Below are positions 46,090 to 58,599 of a DNA stretch of 64,000 bases, one piece after another. The position numbers were made by a program, and so were the translations under genes. Under the pieces are notes generated by a model. It did no database searches, was not told where the DNA came from, and worked only from the letters and a program-made list of their open reading frames with translations. Source of the stretch: Dicyema japonicum (Eukaryota; Animalia; Dicyemida). Where the stretch lies: assembly GCA_011109175.1 (NCBI GenBank), contig RDEW01000018.1:1041222-1105221 (forward strand), written 5' to 3'. Numbering within the stretch: position 1 is the first letter of the stretch; each line of letters begins with the position of its first letter.

Positions 46090-48945
46090 TCATCCAATTG
46101 ACCCTTGAGAGATCAGTGTGTTCAAAAAGGGATTTTGCACAGAATAGATTATCCATAATGAGAACGCATTTTCCTGACGATTTGCGAGGAATTTGCGCTC
46201 AATGAGCTAGCTCCTTTCCGTCTTATCATATTTTCTTTTCAATTATCGATCCGATTCTGTTTAGCAGGACCAGTTACCTGTTTCCTATTATTCCTGATGT
46301 TTCCATGGCGACTGGTTCAAAAATGAACTGTCTACCAAGGCATGAGTATTTCTTAAGCTTTAGGGTCTTAACCTTCTCCGAAGCAGAGCCTATATTAGTT
46401 GATGTTATAACAGGATGTAGGGAGAATGGTTATCTACACAAATGGTGTCCCAAGAAGGTACAAACAATTCCACATGGGAAAAGATTAGATCCGTCCGGTC
46501 TTCGGTTGGCTGGGGCAAAACCAAACGGCTCCAATTGGACAGGAAATCCAGCAGCCTCAAGTCCCCAAGCAATAACTCCGTTGATTGCGGCGTGTCTTAA
46601 CTCATTTTAGTATTTCTCCGACAGGAGCATGAAGATTTTTCGCGTCGACCATTCCGCTACATCTACAGCGATGGATAGTGCAAACATATATTCCGAGGCG
46701 AACAGAAGCTCCAATACTCTTTGTCTCGTCATCCAATAGTGTCCCAAGTAAGGTGCATGGTAATGCTCTGAGCCAGGCACAACTCTCGTTCGTCGATGCA
46801 GAAGTCAGACCAAGCACTGATTTTCTCTCTTCTATTATCGTTGAGTATAAAAGTTAATCCAATTCTCGTTGTTTATTAGCCTTCTTTGGGAATCCAACAC
46901 TCAGTCACGTCCAGACTTCCCGAACCATGCATGCCACTGGAAGCATATGTCGAAGATAGAAAGGCCGGGAGGGCTAGTTCTAGTGGTGAGCGTAATTCGA
47001 TTCCTCCGTAGCGAAGAGGTAGTTTGCATTGGATACAGCCAGTTTTATCATAAGAAATGTTGAGTGTTTCTTCGACGACACTCCTCAGCTTCTCGTCGAT
47101 GGCGTTGAAAGGATTTATTTTTTTCCTCCAGGTGAGTAGACACATTACTGCAGTATAGAGGAGAGCCAAGAAAAATTTCTTTTTTCAAGTCGGGTGACCG
47201 GGACATCCCGGAGATAAGTAAAATTCTCAGCCACTGCACGGCCGAAGTCTTCCTCTTCGCAAGCAACGTTTATGATTTCACATTTATACGGGTTCGGTTC
47301 CAACCAAAGTGCGGCAAGTTCAGAGATGGCGGAATCGATTTCTTCCACCACAAATTTCCAATTACCTCCGACGGTCACGTCATCAAGGTACCATAGGTTC
47401 AGTGGAGTTAGCATCGCAGATACTGCACAGTCGATGCCAAAGGCAAAGAGCAGGGGGCCAAGGGGGTCACCTTATTGAACTCTAGTCTTGGAATCGATGA
47501 TGTATTGCCCGCGAATCTTAGCGCACGTGAGGAACCATATGAATGTTTAGCTTCTATAATTCTATCTGTCCAGTTTCCAGTTTGACTATTATAGCATTTG
47601 CAGTGTCTGGCTGACTGACAGCTATCTTCGCCGTCAGACGTCTGAATACGTTGCTTATAGCGATGGGACTCACCTCAAGGTTTTCTGAAGGTAATCAGTT
47701 TGGATGCATAAAAGAAGTCTTCTGGCATAGTGGGAGATATCAGACCGAGGAATTCTGTCTTTAAGGGTCTTTATTGAATTAATGAGGGAGTTCTGGCAGA
47801 AATAATGTCTTTCATATGGCTCGGACCGGGTGGCTTAGTGGTGAAATGTCGGGCTTAAGTGGCTTAGGCTACGGGTTCGAATCTCGCTGCTGTTCACCTG
47901 GTGGAAGGTTCCCACGCATCTATGATGCAGAAAAGGGTTTGACGAGTGACGCCGTCATCAGTGAATACTCACTGCGGAACTGGATTGTCTAGAAAGGACA
48001 CTCACACAAGAAAAAGAAAAAAAAGAAGTGAAGATCATTCCTTGGTTCTACGATTAGTTAAAATTAACTGTTCTTTACTTAAATAAAGTGTGTGTCCTGC
48101 CTATGCGGAGCTATAAATACTATGGCTCTCGTGAGAAGGCTTTATTATTATTATATGGCTCGGATATAGGCCATCTGCTTCTCTGCTTCATGGGAAAGAT
48201 GAAATAGCAGATCGTATATCACTTGTGGTGGTGGCCAAATGTGGAATGTCCTTCTCAATTTATGTCTCAAGTAGATCTGACGGGGAAGGCAGATGTTTTT
48301 GGATGATGAGCTCGAGGGTTTCTGTAGTTGGTGAAAGAACCTTGTCATGCTAGAGAGCGTACGCAGGGCACCCTGAATGTCCCCAACCATGACCTTCTTA
48401 TTCATTTCTTTTCGTAAATCCCACTTGTCTTTCTTGATCCTGGACGATGAGGGCGAATGATCAGCAATCGAATGACTTCCATAACTTCCCAATGCTATCG
48501 ACAGGTTAAAAGTATCGTATTTAGAGGCATTTTTCTTGATGATTGAATTGAGTATCCCTTCTTTCAGTTCGGTTGGATTTGATCCTAGGACAAGAAGTGC
48601 AAAACAAAGAAGTCGTATCGTCATCGACTACCCTGGTAATTAGCTTTGAAAGACAGGAATCAGCTGTTGACGTGTTTTGGGATTTTGAGTGGGATAATCT
48701 TTACCGACACAAGACGATTCAAACTGCGTTATTCATCCGTGTTAGATAGGTTCAGGACAGGTCCAGTGGAGGGTTCTTTTTCTCTGCCGTTATTCCAGAG
48801 GAATTAAGGGCATGAACAATTTGGCAGAGATTGACGGTCCTTTTTGTTAGCTTATTGCACACAAGGTGTCCAAAATTAGGGCAACGGGAACATTTAATAC
48901 CAAATTTCCTCTTGTTTGCGTCATAGGTAAATAGCAAACTACTAA
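46090..48945 (-). mobile_element. degraded near-full-length CRE-clade retrotransposon
   Basis: PHD remnant (CSRCPNFGHLVC), GDIQGALR, GDPLGPLLF, WYLDD, CRC... Confidence 0.88.
47826..48152 (+). mobile_element. tRNA-derived SINE (family A) with LINE-like 3' tail, nested in the CRE element
   Basis: A-box TGGCTTAGTGG, B-box GGTTCGAATCT, (TTA)n tail; 12-bp TSD ATATGGCTCGGA at 47814-47825 and 48153-48164. Confidence 0.92.
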
Positions 48946-49471
48946 ATCAGACTGTCTACAAATATGTAAAGAACATTGTATGGCTTTCTTTAACGATTTG
49001 TTATCTTTACTGTTCCCTACTCTAATTGAGTAGTGCAGTCTATGCGAAGCTATAACTTATGATTCTGTTAAAAAGGTTATTATTATTAAAGAAAGCTACT
49101 TACATTTTGAGTGGCCTAAAAACAGATAGCAGATGCTAAAAAATAAATGTAAATATTAAAAATGTATTGATTGTGAGAAACATATGACTTCGATTTAAAT
49201 AAAATTATTTTCAATCAACATTGTGATCGAAAATTTATGATGTATCTTGTAGATTATTGCTGTGTAACGGTGGTTGAGAACTCAATTAGTATAGAAATCC
49301 GATCGATCAGACATCTGGGTTCCTCAATTTTGTAATTAACAAACTAACAGCACGCTGAAAGAAAGTGATTTGAGTTATAGAATCGGCGTGGTTTCAGCAG
49401 CGGAAATATCATTTATTAATAAATGCTGTTTCGCCATCCAATTGTATATTCTCTTGAGAGTAAAACTCAAA

Positions 49472-49630
49472 ATGATGTATTTAAAGAGAAAACGTTTCCT
49501 AGCAGTCATTTCAGTAGATATATCCGAAGTTTTAGCTCAGGTGAATTTATATTCTTCATCATCGTCTTCAAGATATACTCTATAGATACTTTGATCTACA
49601 AAACTACTGATACTTTGAAAGTGGTAAGCA
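49472..49630 (+). pseudogene. GT31 galactosyltransferase copy D (5' fragment only)
   Basis: MMYLKRKRFLAVIS...; upstream 49090-49470 is duplicated at 52865-53215. Confidence 0.75.
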
Positions 49631-49743
49631 TTATATAGAGCAAGCATACATTACATTCTGTAAAATCAGAATGTGAAAAGTACATCATTTTTGTTGTGAT
49701 TTCTAGCTCAGGAAACAAAATGGTTCAACGAAAATGTCATTTA

Positions 49744-50718
49744 TTAGTTTTCAACAATTGTTTTTTTGTTGATAGTAAAACTCTCTCATTTTTTCAGGGG
49801 ATATATCAAATGGTGAGAAACTGCGTTTTTACTGAGGCAAATGTTTCCAGAATTCTGAGTGATAATAAATCCCTCGACATTATATTTTATGACATGTGCT
49901 TCTTCTCCACAAATTCCTTTAGAGTTATTTAATTTTTACCTGTAATTGCGACATCTTCCAAATGTATTAATTTTTATTTTTACAAACTTCAACTATAGCA
50001 TCTACTGCTGCCCTTGTCATAACATAGCACGTGCCGGAACAATATGGAGGATATTCATGTAAGGGATACTCATCGTAGGAAATTGCCCTTGGAATTTAAC
50101 TTTGAAGTTACCATTTTGAATTCTCCCTCTGCGGGTAAATGTTATTCAATAAAAAACCAAACAATAAACGGCCATTTTGTTCGATGCGGTTTCCAAACTG
50201 AAAAATCCTTAATGTCAATTCTTCAATGTTGAAGAGGACGTCGTCATCGACTTTAACAAAAAAATCAAAATTCGTAAAGTTATAAAAAGCCCATCTTATT
50301 TTATTAATAAAAACCAACTTGAGAGCCTCAAGGCTTTTGATACTCAAATTGAAGTAAGATTCGTAAAAGTCTGCGAATATAAGATCTCCATGAAGTTTGG
50401 ATTCTTCAGCCAGATAAGAAGGTCGTCCAGTTTTATAGCGTCCCATGAAAAATACTAACGTTGCATTAAATGCCTTTATTGTTTTCTTATTACCCCACGT
50501 GTCTCTAATCACCTGCCTTCTTGCTTGATTTTTAGGATCTAATAGATAAATTAAATTTACCCGAGATTACCACTATCAAAATATTTGTGTTTTTTTAATC
50601 AAATATCTATAGAGTACATTTTGAAGACCAGGATAATGAGTAGTAAAATCACCTGAGCTAAAACTTCAAAAATATGTACTGCAATGACTGCTAGGATACG
50701 TTTTCTCCTTAAATACAT
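49744..50718 (-). CDS. GT31 beta-1,3-galactosyltransferase copy E (possibly intact; only single-base deletions seen)
   Basis: N-terminal TM, IRDTWG, DFYESYFNL, VKVDDDV, YPPYCSGTCYV, LEDVAITG. The apparent frameshifts are 1-nt losses, mostly in homopolymers. Confidence 0.75.
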
Positions 50719-51048
50719 TATTGTGAATCGTGTTTTCGTGAGAATATAAAATTGGAACGGCAAAACAATAATATATGTCACCGTCAGTACGCGGAACTCC
50801 ACAAGAATTAATAAAAATAAAAATTAGTTCTCTGATAATTCAGATTTTTCTTAGTTGAATGATGTAATTTTTAGTTAAAACCGTTAATATTTTCAAATCA
50901 TAAAAATGCAAATGATTATTCAATATCAATAGAGTGTCATTTCAATACTATTTTTTAATATTATTAATTAACAAAATCTTTATTAATATTTAAAAAAATA
51001 AAAAAAATTATTTTATTTCTGCACTTGGTTTTAAGCTTCAAGTTGAAC

Positions 51049-51562
51049 ATGGATGAGTTGCGTCAGATAATCCAATATCTAGAAAATGGATATCTTGATG
51101 CGTCGCTTTCAAGAAATAGTATATTTTTGGAAGACCAAGAGCACCGTGGGTTCAAGGCCAGGTTGAGAAGTACTATTTAAGTAATAGTACTATTATTAAG
51201 GCACTTTCACGAAAGCAATAATGTTTATAGCCCCGCATGTGCAACACTCATAGAAACAATATTTATAGTTAATCTCTTCCATCTTTCTCTGTCGAATGCT
51301 AGTGATCTCAATTCGTCCAGGTCGTCCCCCGTCTTTAGATTTTTTTCTCACACAATTTAGATTTCAAAGAGATTTCGAATTCAAAAAACATACGATAACA
51401 CCTAAAGGAGAAATATTTTGCCAAAAATGCTCTAGGATAGTAAAATCATCTAACAATACTACACCGATCTATGAGATTAATTTACCTACAAATGTAATCA
51501 TCACTGGATTGTGGAGTTTTTTAGAAGCGGCATTTTTATTATTCCGAAAGTGCAGATTTTAA
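51049..51562 (+). other. possible orphan gene or pseudogene
   Basis: ATG after an AT-rich tract (MDELRQIIQYLENGYLD...); a paralogous fragment lies at ~55285-55345; splicing not resolved. Confidence 0.3.
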
Positions 51563-51572
51563 AAAGACTCTA

Positions 51573-52050
51573 CACCATTTTCAGTTCAATTCTGACAATT
51601 TTTATATCTATTTTGAATATGCGATATTCTATTTTGACATGTTTTAATCTATTTTGACAAAGCAATATCCATCTTTGACAATGCAAGTAACAATATTAAT
51701 TAACAATTTAATCATAGAATGGAATCCCAAGCATACAATTTCCATTTATTTTGTTCAACATTCCTGTAAAACTGTCGTATTTTCTCACGCGTTAGATGTT
51801 TTATAGAATAGTCCAAAGCATTTTGTAGTAATTGAGCTCGAAATTCAATCAGGGTTCCATTTTCTCCTGCAATAACATCATTATAGGGATTGTTGTGATT
51901 AGATAAATACGTCTTTATCCCAGCCTTAAGAATGAAAAAATTGTCATAATAAAATATCACATTGTTAAAATAGAATATAGTATTGTCAATATTGTACATC
52001 GCAAAGTCAAAATAAATATAAAAAATGTCAGAATTGAACTGAAAATAGTA
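51573..52050. mobile_element. non-autonomous Tc1/IS630-like element with long sub-repetitive TIRs
   Basis: Inverted repeats beginning CACCATTTTCAGTTCAATTCTGACA / TACTATTTTCAGTTCAATTCTGACA; TA at 51571-72 and 52051-52; empty-site paralog ACTC-TA-ATTGAGTAGTGCAG at ~49019. Confidence 0.85.
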
Positions 52051-52120
52051 TAATTGAGTAGTGCAGTCTTGCGAAGCTATAACTATTATGACTCTAGTAA
52101 AAGGTAGTTATTATTATTAA

Positions 52121-52856
52121 TTTTTTTAATAATAACAATTTATTGAAGAATAAAACCAAATAGTTAAAGGCTACTGGCTGCTCTCAGGATTGAGAGCGCA
52201 TTTCCCCTTACGATCTGTAATGAGCCAGCCCTTCTCTCTGACATCCCTCCTCCTTTTAGCGACTAACGATCCAATTTTGTTGAGCAGGGCTAACGACCTG
52301 CTTCCTATGACTCCCGAAGTTTCGACTGCGACTGGTTCAAATGTGTACTGCTCGCCGAGGCATGTGTACTTCTTTGCTTTAAGTATTTCTGCTTTCTCTG
52401 CAGCTGAGCCTGGATTTGTCGCACTCATTGTAATATTGGAAGGGGAGAAGCTATCTACGCAGGTGGCATCCCATGCCAGGTACTTCCCAGCATCCCACGG
52501 GCCATGGAAAGTCCTAGGGGCTCCATCTGGACAGGGAATCCGGCAGCTTTTAGTCCCCACGCAATAACCTTGTTGATTGCACTATGTCTCAGGCTCCTTC
52601 CAGCGCTCCTTCGGCAGGAAAGTGCGTGGAGTCCTTTCGCGTCGACTATTCCTCCACATCTACATCGATGGATTGCGCAAACATCGATTCCGAGGCGGAC
52701 GCAAACCCCAATCCTCGTGGAGTCATCGTCCAGAAAAGTTCCGAGTGAAATGCACGGGAATGCTTTGAACAATGCACCACTTAACGTTTGTTGATGCGGT
52801 AGCCAGACAAGCCAGACGATGCTGGTCGAGTTGTGGTTTTACCTCATCGATGGTCC
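52121..52856 (-). mobile_element. CRE-clade retrotransposon 3' fragment
   Basis: CRCGGIVDAKGLHALSC, LAWDATCVD, FEPVAVETSG; TSD TTATTATTAA/TTATTACTAA. Confidence 0.9.
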
Positions 52857-53216
52857 TTATTACTAATGAAAGCTACTTAAATTTTGAGTGGCCTAAAAAA
52901 CAGATAGCGGATGCTAAAAAATAAATGTAAATATTAAAAATGTATTGATTGTGAGAAACATATGACTTCGATTTAAATAAAATTATTTTCAATCAACATT
53001 GTGATCGAAAATTTATGATGTATCTTGGTAAATGGAAATTCGATCGAACAGAAATCTGCGTTCCTCAATTTTGTAATTAACAAATTAACAGCACAGCGCT
53101 GAAAGAAAGTGGTTTGAGATATAAAATCGGCGTTGTTTCAGCAGCGGAAATATCATTTAATAATAAATACTGTTTCGACATTCCAATTGTATATACTAAT
53201 GAGACTAAGACTCAAA

Positions 53217-55069
53217 ATGATGTATTTAAGGAGAAAACGTTTCCCAGAAGTCATTTCACTACATATTTTTTGAAGTTTTAGCTCAGGTGACATTACTATT
53301 CATTATCCTGTTCTTCAAGATGTACTCTATAGATCAGAGGTTGTCAAACGATGTGCCACGGCACACTAAGTGTGCCGCAAGACAATTTCTAGTGTGCCGC
53401 CTGCCAAATACAAATTTGAATAAATTTATATACATTTTTGACCTAATTAATTTAAAAAGATAAACGAATTAAAATAATTACTAAAATTAAAATAATCATT
53501 TTTTATTATACATTAAATGACATTTAAATTGGTTAACCATTATTTATTAATTTTTTAATAACGTGCGCATCAACGTGCTTATGGGTAAATCAGTTCGTCG
53601 TTCTTATAAAGATTCTTATTTGTCATTTGGATTTATATGCAAAGATAAAAATAAACTACCTCAATGTCTAATTTGCATGGATTTTTGGCAAGTGATTCTA
53701 TGGTTCCTAGCAAACTAAAGAGACATTTTACTTCCAAGCATCCGGACTATTCCGAAAAATCTGTGGATTATTTTATCCATTTGAAAAAAACAACTTAAGT
53801 ATTATTTGGTTTTTACTATGAATCGTAGATCTAGTCAAATGATGTTCAGTGAAACTTTTTTAAACACAAAGAATCATTGAAATGTTCATACCTGATCTAA
53901 GAAGTGATAGCAAAACAACTAAAACCTCACAATATTGGCGAAAACTTGATAATCCCTGCTTGTCGTATTATTGCTCGGACTATGTTTGGTCATAAATATG
54001 AACAAAAAATAATGGAGATACATATGTCAGATAACACTGTTTCTCGTCGGATTTGTGGTGAAATGCGAGTGCCTTTGTTAACCATTCGACCTGATATTGA
54101 TGATATATGCAAAAACAATAATAATAATAAGAATTCATTTTTTCATTAATAAAAATTTGGGAATTAAATTACCAATTTTTGTACTTAGTTTTACACATCT
54201 TAAAAAAATAATTTTTTTATTTTTTAATGTGTGCCGTGGATTAATTTTTTTACGATTAGTGTGCCGCGAGAATTATTTTTTGAAAAGCTCTGCTATAGAT
54301 ACTTTGATAGAGAGAAACACCGATATTTTGATAGTGGTAATCTCGGGTAAATTTAATTTATTTATTAGAACCTAAAAATAAAGCAAGAAGGCAGGCGATA
54401 AGAGACACGTGGGGTGATAAGAAAACAATAAAGGCATTTAATGCAGCGTTAGTATTTTTCATGGAACAGTATAAAACAGGACGACCTTCTTATCTGGCTG
54501 AAGAATCAAAACTTCATGGAGATCTTATATTCGCAGACTTTTACGAATCTTACTTCAATTTGAGTATCAAAAGCATTGAGGCTCTCCAGTTGCTTTTTAT
54601 TAATAAAATAAGATGGGCTTCTTATAACTTTAAGAATTTTAATTTTTTTGTTTAGTTTTTTGATTAAGAATGATAAGCCGATAAGGGAAAATTCAAAATG
54701 GTAATTTCAAGTTAAATTCTAAGGGCAATTTCCTACGATGAGTATCCCTTAGATGATTATCCTCCATTTTGTTCTGGCACGTGCTATGTTTTGACAAGGA
54801 CAGCAGTAGATACTATAGTTGAAGTTTGTAAAATTAAAAAATTAATACATTTGGAAGATATCGCAATTACAGGTAAAAATTAACTAAACTCTAAAGGAAT
54901 TTGTCGTGAAGAAGCACATGTCATAAAATATAATGTCAATGGATTCATTATCACTCAGAATTCTGGGAACATTTGCCTCAGTAAATACGCAGTCTCTCAC
55001 CATCTTGATCAATCCCCTGATGAAATGAGAGAGTTTTACTATCAACAAAAAACAATTGTTGAAAACTAA
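53217..55069 (+). pseudogene. GT31 galactosyltransferase copy F, interrupted by hAT and lacking the DDD segment
   Basis: Homology to the other copies on both sides of 53335-54292; internal deletion near 54655. Confidence 0.88.
53335..54292 (+). mobile_element. hAT (Charlie/Buster-type) deletion derivative, second copy
   Basis: Same TIRs as 43573; perfect 8-bp TSD CTATAGAT (53327-53334, 54293-54300). Confidence 0.95.
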
Positions 55070-55349
55070 TAAATGAGATTTTCCTTTTTCATCATGCATT
55101 CCTCAGTTAGGAATCATAACAAAATGAAGTTTTTATTACTTTCTGATAGTACAGATTCACTGTATGCTTTTTCAGTATAAGGCATAAATTGTGATACATT
55201 ATTTATTATTTTTCTTAGGTCAATAATTGCTGTGTAACTGTCAAATAAACGTTATATTGGGTCAATCTCAGTAGAATTTATTATTATTAGCACTTTCACG
55301 TGAGCCATAATATTTATAGCCATGCATGTGCAACATAAAATATAAGAGA

Positions 55350-56600
55350 AAGAGTTTGCTTGTTCCAGGCTTTTCTGTTCTTAGCCAGATTTCTTGTCGC
55401 CGGATGTCAATGTTTTCTTTACGGCTTTCATATCGTTTTGTAGAACGACCGGGAAGGTTGTTCTCGGTCTTCCTCGAAAGCGTTTTACATTGGAGGAGGA
55501 GTTGTAATCTTCCATTGCAATATTCGGGTAGATATCGGTCCAACTTCAGGACGTGTCCAAAATGTCTCCAACGAGAGCTAAGCCTCCCAGATTCTTTAGA
55601 AGATCATTGGATCTTATCCGGTCCGTTATAATTGGTTGTTTTAATGGATTTCAATGCATCTCATGTCATTTTCAGTGATGTGAATTGTTTCCGGTTCCTT
55701 TTTCGGTTAACTGAGATATTTCGGAGATACATCCGACTTCTTGTGGTCCTTATGGGATATTTTCACATAGTATTTTATTAGGTTGTTTAAGTCTTATTGG
55801 CTGTGATCCACCTCGGACGATCTTTCATTCTCTTTTGAGGCGTCTCGGATAATCTTTTAAATTTCAGTAGTGGGTATATTTCTATTCATGAGAACACATG
55901 CTTCCATTTTGATATTTGTGCTTTTACCGCCCTGTTTTTAGTTTATTATTCAAAACCTTCAGTCTAAGCTTATCTTCAGTAGTTAATCGGCCAGACCTTT
56001 TGAGTTCGTTTCTTTCTTGGTTAATGCCGACCTGTCATATCACCTTGCTGTGTAGTTAGGTAGTGTTTAGGTACAGCGAATTGATCTCGCATCCAAGATA
56101 GTGCGGTTTACATAAGCGACTACTTTGTCCATGGAAGTATCCAGGTACTGCTGTAGGTTTTCAGTAAGTGTACGGTAAAGTCTCCAGTCTGCGCGGTTGT
56201 AGTTGAATTGTTCTGGGAACCTCCTCCTAGTTGACGTTTCTCTCTTGATCTTCAAAAAGATGGCATTATGGTCACTTCTTGAGTTTCAAGTGACTGACCA
56301 AGTCGATATTGCAGCCAGGCCAAAAGAACAAAACGTGATGTCTGTTGGTCTGAATCCCTAAAGGGGGTTCTCGTATGTTTTGACGGGTCATTCATGACCG
56401 TGAAAGGTCCTGTCTGCGAAAGTAGTACTTTTCCTCTTGAGTTGGAAGTTGGCTTGCCAGCCATAGAGGGTGTTTGACCTTGATATCCCAGCCAATGATC
56501 ACGTCGTTCAAAGAAGCCAAAGTAGATAAATTGGACATAATGTAGTGTTACTAACAAGAACCAGTTGGGGCACATAGACGTTCACAGAGGTAATTTTTCC
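55350..56600 (-). mobile_element. degraded LINE endonuclease/linker fragments
   Basis: TSNSRGKVL and FNYNRADWRLY remnants. Confidence 0.6.
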
Positions 56601-56629
56601 TCTCTTTTTGTAATGTCTTAGTCGTATTC

Positions 56630-57920
56630 TCGATCAATCCACTCTACGCTTTTTTCCATTACATCTTTCAATTTCAGAAGAATTGCCTCAAATATCAAAC
56701 AGAACATTTTATGTAAGGATCTAGAAAGATTCAAATAAATATGGCATGTCTGCAAGAGACGAAGATGACAGTGGAACGAGATGTATGCTATGACGATTAC
56801 CGGGTAATACTACTACCATCCGACTCCCGTCATTATTGGATGGGCTTTGCTATACACACCTCACTTGTGGATCGGTTACTCAAATTACGGAGAGTAACAG
56901 ACCTAATTGCTATTATCAAACTTAATATCGGATCACGTGGTAAGAGATCGATTATGATTGTCATAAATGTGTATGCCCCCCACAGGAAGATTATTAACTT
57001 CTATGGATGAGCTTGATGATTTTTATATGAGTTTATCGAAAGTATACTCTCAACTCTGCTCGTCCACGCTAATTTTTATTGCGGGAGACTGGAATTTCAA
57101 AGGCAGGAATTAAACGCAGAAGTGACGTTGCATTGGTAATCACGGAAGGGGACATCGAAATTCTTCTGGAAATTTTATGATCGACTTTTGTAATACCTAC
57201 GATTTGTTTCTGTGCAACACGGCCTTTCAGCACGCCGCCTGACACAAGACCACATGGGTAGGTTGCAGAGCAAACAAAAATGGAGAGGAACAAAAAATAT
57301 TTAATCAAATAGATTATATTCTGTGCAAGCAGTCGCTCAAAAGATTATTAGTGGACTCCCGTTCGTATGGAGGAGCATTTACAAATAGGAATCAAAGATC
57401 GTAGTCTGTCGGTTGAATCTTAGCAAGCTTTATGGCATGCTTTATGCGAATCATGCACGTCCCAGAAAAACACAGATGATAGCGGGAGAAGAATTACTAA
57501 ATAATCCTGCAATCCTCAGAGATACCAGCAAAAAATGGACCAGCATCTATCCAATATTTCTATGGATGGCCTACTCCACATCGTGTGGAAAAGAATCTTT
57601 GAATCCATAATGACGGCTGCCGAAGAAACAGTTGGGATTCGCGAAAATACTATGACAGGATATAAAAGAGCTTATAACTCGACAGTCAATGAATTGTCTA
57701 TCCGTCAACGAGAAAAAAGACTTCAAATTGAAACTTTTGATCCTGAACGAAAATCCGAATTAAAAAAATTGCGGAATATAATCCAACACGAAATTAAGAA
57801 TTTGCTCCGAACATGGTCGGAATTTTGGACCAACGAGTATTGGAAGTGGAAAGATTACATTCAGGTGCAAAAATGTTTATGGCTGTGCGTTTACTCAAGC
57901 GCGGGTCAGCTAAAACCAAC
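56630..57920 (+). mobile_element. degraded RTE-like APE endonuclease region
   Basis: CLQETK, INVYAP, LCNTAFQH, NQIDYIL. Confidence 0.85.
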
Positions 57921-57925
57921 AGAGG

Positions 57926-58430
57926 GCATCTTGAATGGGTCGCCCTGTGTCCTCCTCGCCACAGTTAACGCATTTTGATTGGCAGGCCTTCCGCGAATTT
58001 GGACCCCCGCAATTCAGGCACTTCTCTTTATAAGTGCATCGAGCTGGTGTGGCCAAATCCATGGCAGCTATATCACTGGATTGTTGTTGTTCGCTCTATG
58101 GCCACACCGAACCTAGTAACCAATACGTACTTTCTCGAGACAGATCCTTCCTGGTTCTGCTCCAGAGCGAAGCCATAACTTCATGGTCCGGAGTCTCCTC
58201 CCCCCGCTTGCCGAAGACTGACATGTTATGTGCGACCCGTGACATGTTATGTGCCCCGGGCCCAAAAGGTACCATAGTATTGACCTCAGCTTCGAAAGAT
58301 GAAGTGTCGTCTTCATTCCTGAATCCTAGCGACAAGTGGGATTCTCCGAGTTTGATAACTCTTTCTTTGGCATAGGTAGCCAGAGTACCTATGCCACACA
58401 GGAGCTTAACGACTCCCACCTTCGGCATCT
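57926..58430 (-). mobile_element. LINE ORF1 (gag-like zinc knuckles) fragment
   Basis: YSCHGFGH...CLNCGG...CVNCGE..H...C triple knuckle. Confidence 0.75.
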
Positions 58431-58599
58431 CTAACCAACTAGTGTAGTTAGTCCCACTCTATCAAGATTTCAACTTTTCTGTCTTTCCTTTCAAGAAAAG
58501 TCTAAATTAAATCCGAATTAAACTTATGTTTTGATCAAATTAATTTTTTTGAGTAAATTAATAAATTTATTAAATCAAATAAAAAAAGGACAAAACATC

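Noticed and set aside
47826-47890. tRNA gene
   Set aside because: A and B boxes are present but there is no full cloverleaf; it is a SINE head inside a TSD
47945-47975. Hammerhead ribozyme or SECIS in the SINE core (CTGATGA on minus)
   Set aside because: GAAA core missing and CTGATGA not conserved in the 7710 and 12886 copies
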